From NCBI GenBank assembly GCA_013416795.1, contig RQSC01000028.1, positions 729,306-793,305 on the forward strand: a stretch of 64,000 nt of DNA, read 5' to 3'. Origin of the DNA: Prasinococcaceae sp. CCMP 1430. Lineage: Eukaryota; Plantae; Prasinodermophyta. The notes beneath the pieces were generated by a model. That model searched no databases. It was not told the DNA's origin and saw nothing but the letters and a program-made list of their open reading frames with translations. Positions within the stretch are counted from its first letter, which is position 1. Every line of letters starts with the position of its first letter. Below are positions 47,801 through 57,300 of the stretch, in pieces. Made by a program: the position numbers and the translations under genes.

Positions 47801-50800
47801 GAGGGAGACGAGCGCAACGAAACATACCTGCCGAGCGTCTCTCGACCAGTCGTAGGCGCCACGGCGGACGGCGCGCCCGTGATCGCCGCGCTGGCTGCTG
47901 TTGGTCCCGTGCGTGAGCAGGCGCCGCCCTCGTGGGGTGGCGCAAACGAGAAGCTTCCCTACACCGCTGAGCGCGTGCAGGAGATGCGCGAGGATCTGTG
48001 CGCCTACCTCCGGACGCTGAGGCCTGCAGATGCCACCCTTATCACCCGCGAGATCAGCCGCGATTTTCTGGTGATCTTGGGTGTGACAAAGCCCTCATGG
48101 AAGCGGGACACGGTGGTCGAGCAGCTGTCGACCATCATCCGAGCCGCTCGCGTGGGCAAGAGCCCGGTGGTTTCGGCCGCGGAAATATATCCGGACGCTC
48201 ACGACGTGGGGTCGCCCATGAATGACCTTGCCCGCGTGCGCTACATGCGAACGGCCCGCAATGTGCAGCCGACGCGCCCAGGTCGCAGCCGCAGAGACTC
48301 TCAGTCGCCTGCGGGGTCGTACATTGGGGCTCGAGGATATGTGTGCAAAACCAAGCCGCGCGGTCCGCATGCGCAGAATTGGATCGACGAGTCGAGTATC
48401 CTCGATGACAGCGCCAAACGCTCGCGCAGGCAGACGCAGCCGTCGGATGTCGCAACCGCGGCGCCGTCCAAGCCCACTCCCGCCAAGCGCGGGCGGGGTC
48501 GTCCGCGCAAGAATCCTAGTGCAGAGATCGATGGACAGTCTCTGACTGTTCGGAGAGGGCCTGGGCGACCCAGGAAGAGCGATTCTGCTCCCATAGTCAT
48601 CACCGCGGACGGCACGCTGCAGGGCGTGGCGAAAGCGAAAGAGAGTGGGGGGAGCGACGCGGAGGCTGAGGAGGACGTGGACCCCGTGCAGGAGGGCTAC
48701 CTTTCTCGTCGGCGCATGGTGGCATTCTGGTGGGCGGGAAGCTGGGTACACCGCCAGGCGAGCGGCACGCACCACCTGCCCGTGTCGATGGCGCGTAAGG
48801 CGGCTCGACAGGGTGGCGTGAAACCCATCGCCGGTGTGATGTACAAACGCAAGGGCGGCATTCGGCCGCAGCGGGTAGCGTGGCGCGCACGCGTGCAGGA
48901 GTCGCGCACTTGGGCGCAGCTGGCGGGCGCGGTGAGGCGGTTTGACGAGGTTGTGCGCTGGGCTGATGTCCGCACGCCCCCGGGTCAGAGCAATTCGTGC
49001 CCGCTGCTCGACCGAAAGGCCGCGCCGCCAGGGGAGAAGGGGTACATGTACATGGTTCGCGTGCTGAAGGAAGTGAAAAAGCGGGACTCCTCTCGGCCGA
49101 TCGCGGACACGACGACGGTGCAGGAGGCCTCAGGTGTTGAGGTGGCGGCGGTGGCGGCAGCAGCCGATGCGAAAGGCAAGGCACCTGCGAGCGCGGGCGA
49201 CATGGACATCGACGAGCAGACAGGGATGCAAGCCTCGCACGCGTGGGTGCACGAAAGCGTTCTCCCGCTGTGGCAGATACGCGTGTATGAGGAGCGCGCG
49301 CGCGCTGCTGCTGGCTCGGGCACCCGCGAGCCGGTCGCTCTGTACGACCTGACTCCGGGGCTCGTTGGGCTTGGCGTTGAGATCCACACACCGCCCGGCG
49401 ACAACTGGGCGGTCGCGCAGGTGGGCCGAGTCGACGACGATGGGTCCCTCCTGCTCGACTTCCACACTGGCGGCAGCGAGGTGGTTTCCGCTGCCGACGT
49501 GCGTTCGCTCATTGAGGGCGAGGCGCTGACATTCCGCAAGGGTCGCTCGGCTGCGACGTGCCGCTATCGCATCCACAAGATGGAGAAGAGGCACAAGGAG
49601 GCCAAGCGGCTTGCTGCCGAGAAGCTTGCAAAGCAAAAAGTGGAGGCGGCCAAGCGCACAGTGGTGCCAGCCATCCCAGAGTGTGTGTCGAAGGAGGCCA
49701 TCGTGAAGCTGCTTGGGAGCCTCAAGTCAATCGATTTGGCAGAGGCCGAGGCGACCACGGGCGACGCAAGCAAAGGGCGCGTCGCTCTGCAGGTGCTTGA
49801 GGTGGAACCCAGGAGCCAGAGTGCCACGACGCTCAATCAGCTCTGCGCCGAGGCCTGCGAAAAGGCGGGCGTGCCAGCCCCGCCTGCCTTCTCAATCGAG
49901 GCTCTCGACGCGCGCAAGCTCGAGATCCAGCAGGCCGTTGACCGCGCCATGGCGCGGCGGCGGCGCGCGCCCGAGTTCACCGAGGAGGGTGTGCTCGTCC
50001 CATTCGACAACCCCGAGCCCGAGGAGGAGGACGACTACGCCGAAGAGGACTTCGAGGAAGAGCTCGAAAAGCCCAAACGCAAGCGTCACAGGTCGAGCGC
50101 CAGGGGTTACGAGGAGTACGCTGAGGACATGTCTCTCGACCCCGACGAATTCGCGCCCCCTGACCCGGACGAGTTCACCGAGGAGAGCCAGCGCACGGCC
50201 AAGGCGCTGCTTGGTGAGCTCCGAGACCTTGAGGACGCCGATGGGCGCAAAATATTCAAGCTCTTCGAGCGCCTGCCAACCAGCAAGCAGCTACCCATCT
50301 ATTACCGCACCATCGCCCGCCCGATTGATTATCATTCTATTGTTGCCGGCATTCGCTCCGCGGCGTACGGGGCCATCTCTGAGTACGTGGCTGACGTGGA
50401 GACCATGTGGGCCAACTGCATGGTCTTTAATGCCGAAGGCTCGGGCCTTTTCGAGGATGCCGTATTCCTTCGCGATCACTTCCGCCAGCGGCTGGCGGAG
50501 TACTTCCCGCACGTCGATCCAGCAGTGTGCCTGGGCAGGGTACTCGACCTGTACGTGGACCCCCCCAAGGCGATCGTTGCCGCCTCGAAAGAGCCTCCGG
50601 CCGATCAGCCCAAGCCCAAGCCGAAGCCGAAGTTGATGGCGGCGCAGGCGTCTAATAAGCGAGGGCGTGGACCTGGTGGCGAGCCCGCGCCCAAGAAGTC
50701 ACGCTCTGGCGCTCGGAGGTCAGGGAAGCGCAAACCCCGCCTCAGTGTTGCGGACCCGTCGGGCGCGGCGACGGGAGGAAAAGGCGAGGGGAAGCTACCG

Positions 50801-51976
50801 GCTCCCGTGGCCGTCCCTACGGTCTCTGAGCTTTGCGGGGAGATCATGGGCGACCTGCGCGAGACCATGAGCAACGGGCGCCTTGTTGCTGAGCTCTTCA
50901 TAAAGCTCCCTACGAAGCGCGAGTTTCCGGCGTACTACAACGTCATTGCCCAACCTATGGACTTTGTTGTCATCGACAAGCGCATCAAGAAGGGCGAGTA
51001 CGCCACGCTGCAGGACCTTGAGTCCGACGTCTCGCTCATGTTCGACAACGCGCAGACTTTCAACCAGGATGGTTCCGAGATATACAAAGATGCGACAAAG
51101 CTTCGGCGACGATTCGCGTCCCTGCTCGAGGGCGCCACCACCAAGCTCGCGGCGGCTGAGAAGGCCGCCGCGTCGGTTTCTTCGCACGGCGCCAGGCTGC
51201 GCGCTCTGCTCGAACCGCTTGCGAAGGCAGCCGTCGGGCGCAAGGTCCAAGTCTACTGGGAGGAGGACGGAACATGGTACGAGGCCGAAATCGTGGCCGC
51301 TCGACCCAGCAAAGGTGAGTGGGACCTCTCGTACCCTCTCGACGGAGACGCGGAGACCCTGGACGCAAACTCGCCAGAGTGCCCCCAGGTGCGGCTGATC
51401 GAGCTGCCGTCAGGGGGCGCATCGCTCATTGGGCACCTCGGGCTGGACCCGATGTCGTCAGCGGTCGGCGCCAAGGTCGAGGTCATGTACACTGACGACG
51501 ACAGCTGGTACGAGGCGACGGTGGAAAGCGGTAGCAAGAATGGCATCGTGGTGGTGTACGAGTACGACGGCTCCAAAGAGAAGCTCACGCTGAAAGACGC
51601 CGAGCGCGTACGTCTGGTGCGCGCTCCGTCGCGCGCTGGCAAGACGCCGTCGGCGGCGCGGCGCGCGAAAGAGCCGGCCGTCCACGCGAGCGAATTGCCG
51701 CCCGGCGCGAAGGCCCTGCACGACTTGATCAAGACGTACGGCAAGGCCCGCCTGGTTGGCTCCACCGTCGAAGTCGAGTGGGACGATGACGAGTGGTACG
51801 AGGGCGTCGTGCTCTTCGTCGAGGGTTCGAACACACGCGCCGTCATGAGCGTTGAGTATGAGGACGCCACACGCGAGGAGCTCAGGGTCTCAGATCCGAA
51901 GTGCCGCAAGGTCCGAGTCGGCGCAGAGGAAAAGCAGCGGCTCAACGAGCTCAAACAGCAGCAGGTCGGCGGCTGA
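44861..51976 (+). CDS. Large DDT-WHIM-PHD chromatin reader (PTM/BPTF-like) with AT-hooks, two bromodomains and three Tudor-like domains; true start codon unclear
   Basis: DDT (FVVLRAFSWQLRLSAFTFRDF), PHD (CVLCGGGGNLVCCEGCPAAFHMKC..WTCSEC), RGRGRPRK and GRPRK hooks, two bromodomains (YY..I..P.D...NA..FN), and three VGxxVxVxW/Y..D.WY domains. Confidence 0.88.
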   Translation: MAVAAGAGSGARAPAAAARSARRRTRVAEDDDYGADVRVELGQGGDDEEDEDEEGEEEEEEGEDYEYEEEEYEEEEERAKPKRKRDRTAELLRRKQKRAQARAEAAVQVVKPLITADEALARFRRALKGEPIDGDERGDKVAGGGSGADAGAVVPGSGADADGGEGGDANAVGGDAPAAPGSGAVGADTPRGAAGDAEGTSSGADSGTGGGPTVDAAALPALAHAFVVLRAFSWQLRLSAFTFRDFCCAMAQKRHTPLLDEVHVCVLLALIADETTAERATWPYDIAKLDNITWPTYMWYYLSTFGEGLQTSGVSIRDTLPADEEVPVPGRRLPASLLPKAAHTPKKARGKAAAKESAPPTVERLSREERTRQRAEAREREAREAAEASVPLAEAQAPAVAASSMERAQTEPPIIAAFAATGWAGSAGAPVCGNGSSSDADEDREDVRVSTTSVAFDVAPKRRKPGSCPWRWERPAGPGRQREMVEYCTLSAKVKAGLLVRLCDELIETSNIRTELERREVLQGDWGTERRWQKGAAAVALGNGDHNYDACVLCGGGGNLVCCEGCPAAFHMKCAGLSHWDLRRDDWTCSECSLYGHGSGKAWRGPRLPTLYGRASGGLPAWRAPGCLFVAASHPRRNEAPAMLAFADAAEPLAAQALGLPEIGREHAHPAPQSSPAKTKTPVCNMAVLAQASVSEIGGLPLAGAEEYTNTYRNAWWYVSAHMTTGQRGKQPDKGRFAISKFSWPNKIAGATGRAGAAVALLLKPGQPLQRLILYVCNAATELSGLLGEKWETHEYKDAFNRRVRAATTMQEVKDALLELEAALQDKAVIGAWRQPEVDPSLGKGVIRSGSATLTGSGKVQEQMLPARLLKDIPDRRRVPTEARPAPQTPGHVDGADHAKMDDAEGPLPADVTTSAKVEDSGAAGEVGAMPGPSLPPVPSPATSTQRPGRTPSQEPVGTQLHTPARTSQTGRRVEAATPVEGDERNETYLPSVSRPVVGATADGAPVIAALAAVGPVREQAPPSWGGANEKLPYTAERVQEMREDLCAYLRTLRPADATLITREISRDFLVILGVTKPSWKRDTVVEQLSTIIRAARVGKSPVVSAAEIYPDAHDVGSPMNDLARVRYMRTARNVQPTRPGRSRRDSQSPAGSYIGARGYVCKTKPRGPHAQNWIDESSILDDSAKRSRRQTQPSDVATAAPSKPTPAKRGRGRPRKNPSAEIDGQSLTVRRGPGRPRKSDSAPIVITADGTLQGVAKAKESGGSDAEAEEDVDPVQEGYLSRRRMVAFWWAGSWVHRQASGTHHLPVSMARKAARQGGVKPIAGVMYKRKGGIRPQRVAWRARVQESRTWAQLAGAVRRFDEVVRWADVRTPPGQSNSCPLLDRKAAPPGEKGYMYMVRVLKEVKKRDSSRPIADTTTVQEASGVEVAAVAAAADAKGKAPASAGDMDIDEQTGMQASHAWVHESVLPLWQIRVYEERARAAAGSGTREPVALYDLTPGLVGLGVEIHTPPGDNWAVAQVGRVDDDGSLLLDFHTGGSEVVSAADVRSLIEGEALTFRKGRSAATCRYRIHKMEKRHKEAKRLAAEKLAKQKVEAAKRTVVPAIPECVSKEAIVKLLGSLKSIDLAEAEATTGDASKGRVALQVLEVEPRSQSATTLNQLCAEACEKAGVPAPPAFSIEALDARKLEIQQAVDRAMARRRRAPEFTEEGVLVPFDNPEPEEEDDYAEEDFEEELEKPKRKRHRSSARGYEEYAEDMSLDPDEFAPPDPDEFTEESQRTAKALLGELRDLEDADGRKIFKLFERLPTSKQLPIYYRTIARPIDYHSIVAGIRSAAYGAISEYVADVETMWANCMVFNAEGSGLFEDAVFLRDHFRQRLAEYFPHVDPAVCLGRVLDLYVDPPKAIVAASKEPPADQPKPKPKPKLMAAQASNKRGRGPGGEPAPKKSRSGARRSGKRKPRLSVADPSGAATGGKGEGKLPAPVAVPTVSELCGEIMGDLRETMSNGRLVAELFIKLPTKREFPAYYNVIAQPMDFVVIDKRIKKGEYATLQDLESDVSLMFDNAQTFNQDGSEIYKDATKLRRRFASLLEGATTKLAAAEKAAASVSSHGARLRALLEPLAKAAVGRKVQVYWEEDGTWYEAEIVAARPSKGEWDLSYPLDGDAETLDANSPECPQVRLIELPSGGASLIGHLGLDPMSSAVGAKVEVMYTDDDSWYEATVESGSKNGIVVVYEYDGSKEKLTLKDAERVRLVRAPSRAGKTPSAARRAKEPAVHASELPPGAKALHDLIKTYGKARLVGSTVEVEWDDDEWYEGVVLFVEGSNTRAVMSVEYEDATREELRVSDPKCRKVRVGAEEKQRLNELKQQQVGG

Positions 51977-52386
51977 GGTGTGCACCGGGTCGCTGTGCGA
52001 GGAGGCTCGGGACTCAGGAGGCAAAGCGGGGCGATGCGGAGGAGGAGGAGTCGCCCGCGCGGAGCGATATGTGTGGCAGTGCAGGCGCGCTCGCTGCGAC
52101 CGCTGTGTAATGAAGCAAAAGCGCAAGCGGTCGCCATCATTTTGGATTGAATGCGAGGCCACGGAAGTAGAAGAGCGTTGGGCCGAAAAAACACGAGCAC
52201 TCAACTCGGTGCCGCAGGGAGGCGAATTTTAGCGCAAAAAATCGAGACGTGCGTTGGAGGCGTGGGGACCGCCAGCGCTGCGTGCGGGGGCCACTGTGAG
52301 TGGCGCCGGCGGGCTGCGCCCGCCGGCACCCCGCCCCCCGCCCCCGCACTTTTCCCCTGAGCGCGCGTCCGCCCAGACTGGGCGCG

Positions 52387-53053
52387 ATGAGAGGCGGCGA
52401 CGGCGCGCGCGCCGCGCTCGGCGACCTGCTCGCGTCGCGCTCGCGCGGCGAGCACGCGCTCGACCTCATCTTCGTCGCGTCGGTGCGTGAAGACGGCAGC
52501 GTTGCCACCGCAATGCCGTCCGACGCACACGCGGCCGAGCTCGAGTACCTGCTCGTCGACGGCGTCAACCCGGGCTCGGGGGAGGCCTTCGACTGGGACG
52601 CATTCGAGGTGCGATGACGGGGCCCTGAGGGGGAGCCCATGCCGTCGCGCGCGCGCGCTCGCACACACACGTTGCGCGCGCTCGCGCACACACGTTGCGT
52701 GTCTGCGTGGCGGCGTGCATGGTGTGTGCGTGCGTGTGAGCGCGCGCGCGAACACGCACTGCAGCTGCGAACCTGGCGCGCCTGTGCGCAGCGCGCGTCG
52801 TTCCCTGCCGATCAGCAGCGTCGCAGGCGCTGACACACCACAGGCGCCGCCGGCCGCCGGGATGACGCGCACGGGCTGGCTGCTCGCGGGCGGCCTCGAT
52901 CCGGACAACGTTCGTGCGGCGGTGTGCGCGGCCGCGCCGTCGGGCGTTGACGTCGCGAGTGGCACCGCGGACGCGTCTGGCGTCGCCAAGGACCACGCCA
53001 AGGTGGCAGCGTTTGTGGCCAACGCGCGCATGGCGGCGACCGAGTGCTGCTAG
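52387..53053 (+). CDS. trpF: Phosphoribosylanthranilate isomerase, C-terminal half (alpha4-beta8) with its own in-frame ATG; intron 52609-52843
   Basis: MRGGDGARAALGDLL..YLLVDGVNPGSGEAFDW..|..GWLLAGGLDPDNVRAAV..PSGVDVASG..GVAKDHAKVAAFV. Confidence 0.88.
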
Positions 53054-53329
53054 CAAGCGCGCCCGCGTGCCACGCTGTACCTATATGTTGTCTACGCACG
53101 TGTGGTGGCTCTCACGCCGACGCGCGTGCGTGTGGCTGCGCCCTCAGTGTAGCCTACACGCAGCGGCAGCCCCGACCCTGTGCACTCCGAGAGCACACTC
53201 CTATGTGTGCGCGTGTGTCCGCGCGCGGGCTAGCGCGCGAGCGAAACGGAGTGGTGTTCGTGACGTAGGCGCGCCCCCGCGGCGCCACACGCGGCCCCGC
53301 GCGCGCGCGTGCGCGCTGTAGGCACACTC

Positions 53330-53967
53330 ATGTCCGATAACAAGGCTGTCGATGGAGCGATTGTCGACAACCCCGCCCCCGCGGGCGACGACTCCCCGCC
53401 GCTGCTCGGCCTGCCCCCGCCGCGCGCGCCCGCAGCCGGCGCCGGCGGGCGCGCAGGACAGTCACTCGACTTGTCGTCGGGCGAGGCCAGGGTGGAGCTC
53501 GCTCACCTCGGCCCTATGCTCCTCAATGACGATGGAAGGTACGCCGCGGAATTCCAGCGTCTGTGCTCGCCCGTGCGCCCGCGCGAGCGCGCCTGCGCTG
53601 GCGAGTGCACCCGCGCTCACCAGCAGCCGCCACCGCCCTCGCCGACAAACGCCCGCGTTCGCACCCGCGTGCACACACACATGCGCTCATGCGCACGCAC
53701 ACACGCGCACGCGCACACGTATGCACACGCGCGCCCGCATGCATGGGCGTTTACGCGCGTGCGCGAAGCGTGAGCCGCATTGCCAACTGGCAGCAGATGA
53801 CCGCCAAGGAGCAGGAGGTTGCGGCGCGCAGGGTCGCTGAGCGCAACGAGCGCCGGCGCGCGCAGCTGCTCGCCGTTGAGGAGCGCGAGAAGCTCGCGCG
53901 CCAGGTGGACGAGGCCGCGCAGCTCGGCCTGGAGAGCATACAAAGATTCGCTGGCGACCTCGACTAG
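53330..53967 (+). CDS. Small uncharacterised protein, 2 exons
   Basis: LAHLGPMLLNDDG|..SRIANWQQMTAKEQEVAARRVAERN resembles a conserved eukaryotic domain of unknown function (LGPxxVNxDGTLxRIxNW). Confidence 0.6.
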
Positions 53968-54361
53968 CGAGAGCCGCCCGCGCGGCCCACCGCTGGCCGC
54001 GCCCGCGAGGTCCTTTGCGGTCGCGCCGCCGGCGCTCGCGACCGCGATGGCCACGCACTGCTCAGCGCTGCCCCCACAGCGTCCTAGCTAGCTAGAGACA
54101 ACGCTCTCCTCACTACAGTACCTCAAACACTCCGAGATATGCAATACAGTAGACACACACACGCACATACATCGTCTCCTCACCGTGCGTGGCGCCAGCC
54201 TGACGGTGTGTGTTGGGGGTGAGGAGGGGTGAGGAGGGGTGGGGGGGTGGGGGTAGGAGGGGGCCGCACGCCGCCCGCCCGCTCGCCTGCCCGCCCGCCC
54301 GTCGCCACGCCCGTCCGCGCGCTCCCACTAGTGCCTCCTCGTAATAATCAATGTCGTACAA

Positions 54362-57300
54362 TTACTGCGGCGCCGAGGTCCCGTTCCCTTTGGGCCGCAT
54401 GGTGCCCTCCTCGCCCGTGGCGTCGCCCGCTGGCATGCCCTCGCGCTCGGCTGCATCGCCGTCAGCCTCGCCCGAGGGCGCGGCATCCGTGAGCTTGTTC
54501 TTCTGCGGGAGGCAGCAGCTCCAGCAAGTCCTGCACATCATGCCGCACAGCTTCCCCGACATGGAGAACACGATGCCCGACCACTCGCGCATAATCTTGT
54601 AGAGGCGATAGACGACGTAGCACCCCAGGGCGGTGGAGCATGCCATGAGGAGCTTCTCCTGCCACGAGCCCTCCCAGTCGTACCCCAGGTTCTCCTGCAT
54701 GACCACGCCGAAGAGGGAGACGAAGAGGTTGAGCTGAAAGGCCACCTCGAGTGTGTCGTCGTCGTCCTCGGCGTATGGCAGGAAGTACAGCTGGATGCAT
54801 AGGCCGGCGATGGAAACGAAGAGCGCGTACATGGAGACGTACTCCGGCGCCGCGATCTCCACCAGGACGACGAACGACGTCTGCACCAGTCGGCGGCAAA
54901 TCTCGTACACCTGCCAGTAGTAGTAGTCCTGCATTCGGCGGCAGCGACGGGGAGAGATTCCGAAGTGTCAGAAAGTGGGCACGCGCGAGCCCGCGGCCGC
55001 GGCTGCCGTGCTCCTACGCGCGTGCGCGCGGGAGGGCGGCATTGTTGAGGCAGATCCTAGTAGCGCGCACCCACTGGCGTCAACAACATGGGTGCGCAAG
55101 GCCGCGGTGGCGTACCTCCTGGTACTGCACCGTGAAAGGGTGCACGAACCTACTGAAGACGGCGTCTGAGTTGAGCTGCGTGACGGGCACCTCAATCTGG
55201 CTGCCGAAATTGCCCGTAATCGAATGAGTCAGGCAATGCACGCGGATGTACCCGTTCCCGTCTTCGACGACAGCCTGCGACAGCACGCGCCGCGTGGCGC
55301 GCTTGCGGCGGCGCTGGGCCTTCGCCTTGGCCTCGTCGTCCTCGAGCGCGTTGCGCACGTGGCGCATTAAGGTCTCCGCCGAGGACACCTTGCGGTTGAG
55401 CGAAGAGTGCGGATCCGGAGCCCAGTACTCGAACTTCTCGTCCTCCTCATCCGAGGACCCAGCGCTCGACTCGTCCTCGCTCTGCACACTTTCTTCGTCA
55501 CTCTCGCCATTGTGCACGCCCGGCGCATCTGAGGTCGCCTTCGCTCGTTTTCCAAGGACCTCCAGCTCGCCCTCGTCGCCAGCATCGCCATCAGTAGTCT
55601 CCGTGGTAGCCGTGTCCAGCGGGTGCGCCTCCATCGTCGGCGCCCCGCTGAAAGCATGGCTGACTCCATCGCCGCCGGCGAGCGGCACATCCGCGCCATC
55701 GCCCTCAGTGGCTTTGCGTCCATCGCCATCTCCTTCACTAGCCACCGCCGCGCCCACAGGCCGCTTCTGCAGCTCAGCGGTGTAGAATGGCTGCGCACCA
55801 GGGATGGGGACACCCCCGGCATCGCACGGCACGACCTTGCTCCTGTGGTGCAGGTAGCGCAGCGCTGCAAGGAGGAGTATCGGGTAGCCGAAGACATACA
55901 CGACTATCACAACTCCCGAGAACGTGGCGTAGGGCACCCATTCGTCTCTGTAACACCGTACGCCGTGGTCCGACTGCAGCCAATACTCGTCGCCGTCCGT
56001 CTGCAGATTGTATTGCTTGCAGTTGAATGTCTCGAACATGGTGCTGGATATGGAGGGATGCAGCAAGTTCAGGAGGAAGATTGCGAAGACCAAAACAGTG
56101 GCCATAGTGGTGCGGATGCTCTCGATCTCATCCTTGGGCACCCCGCGCGCGGCGCCGTCGACGATCTGATTGAGCTTGCGGTATGTCACTATGCAGGCCA
56201 GCGCGAACACGACGAAGGGAATGGATCCCTTGAACATGACGCTATCCCAGTAGCCCTGCGAGAAACCTTGGGCGAGGCAGCCCAGCTTCATGACGGAGAA
56301 CGGGTTGATGTCGAGCACGAGCAGCGGACCGTAGATGTGTTCGAGGAAGTTGGGAAAGCGCCCTGCCATCTGCTTCCACAGCTGGCCCAGCACCTGGCAA
56401 TTCTGGATGATGATCTGCCAAACAGCACCGACGTTCTCCATCGTGTCCTGCATGTCGTCGCGCAGGAACTCAAGGTTCTCGTGCAAGAAGGCAAGGCCAC
56501 GGCCCGCCGCTTCGCGTACGCTCATGCCGGATTTCTGGAGCGAGCGGTACAACAGAGCGAATAGCATGAATATGAACAGCAGGATCACACCACAAAGCCC
56601 GAAGAACCGCAAGTAGGTAATCGCATCGCTGTCGGGGCACTTCTCGCATTCGGTGCCGGCGTCGTTCTGGGTCCATCCATCCAAGCAGCGATCGCACAGC
56701 ACCACCGCGGGGTCGTAGCCCGTGGCGCAGAGGCGCGCATAGTCGACGTCGATATCCAGCCACGCATCAAAATCGCGGTCAGACTCGTTGGCCGTGGTGC
56801 AAGCGGGCTCGTCCGCGCACGCATAAATGCTGGCCATCAAACAGGTGCCATCGTCGCACTCGCTCGCCGAGGGCGGCAAGAAGAACCCCTGCGGCACGCT
56901 GAAGGGTGCCCCAGAGCCGCCGAAGCACGTGACAAGGTCGGCGTCGCACGGGACGCAGCCAGTGGCGTTACCTACCACGCTGTTGGGGAGGAACCCCTCC
57001 GGGCAGTGGACGTGCAGGCTGGCAGGGTAGCCAGCGATGAACTCGCTGCTACCGTCTGCACCCATGTTCTCCGCGGTTATATTCACCTCAATGAGAGACG
57101 CCTGGTCGCTCTCCACCTCCATCGAGATGCGATGACTGGTGATTCCATTGTCGGTGTTTCTCTCGTACACGAAGCCCGTGATTGGCTCTCCCGACACGTC
57201 CTTCGCGCGAACCTTGAACAGGTCCTGAGCCGTTTGGCGCATGTTGCCGAATCGGTCGCGCGCGTCCACTTCGATTAAGTAATCCTTGTCGGCAATCACC

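Noticed and set aside
44399-52393. Conventional 8-kb intron joining the trpF halves (TCAG|GT ... GAGAG|GC)
   Set aside because: Phase-compatible, but the acceptor is poor, it would add about 25 junk residues after beta4, and it must skip a same-strand gene with its own poly(A) signal. Kept only as a testable alternative.
44322-52395. DNA transposon (MULE/Pack-MULE) as the trpF-splitting insert
   Set aside because: A target-like duplication is present, but I see no terminal inverted repeats and no transposase, so it was not called a mobile element.
3563-53053. Tryptophan/auxin gene cluster (PIN-like, IGPS-like, aminotransferase, trpF)
   Set aside because: The genes are spread over 50 kb among unrelated housekeeping genes, the IGPS-like protein looks inactive and the aminotransferase substrate is unknown; chance is sufficient.
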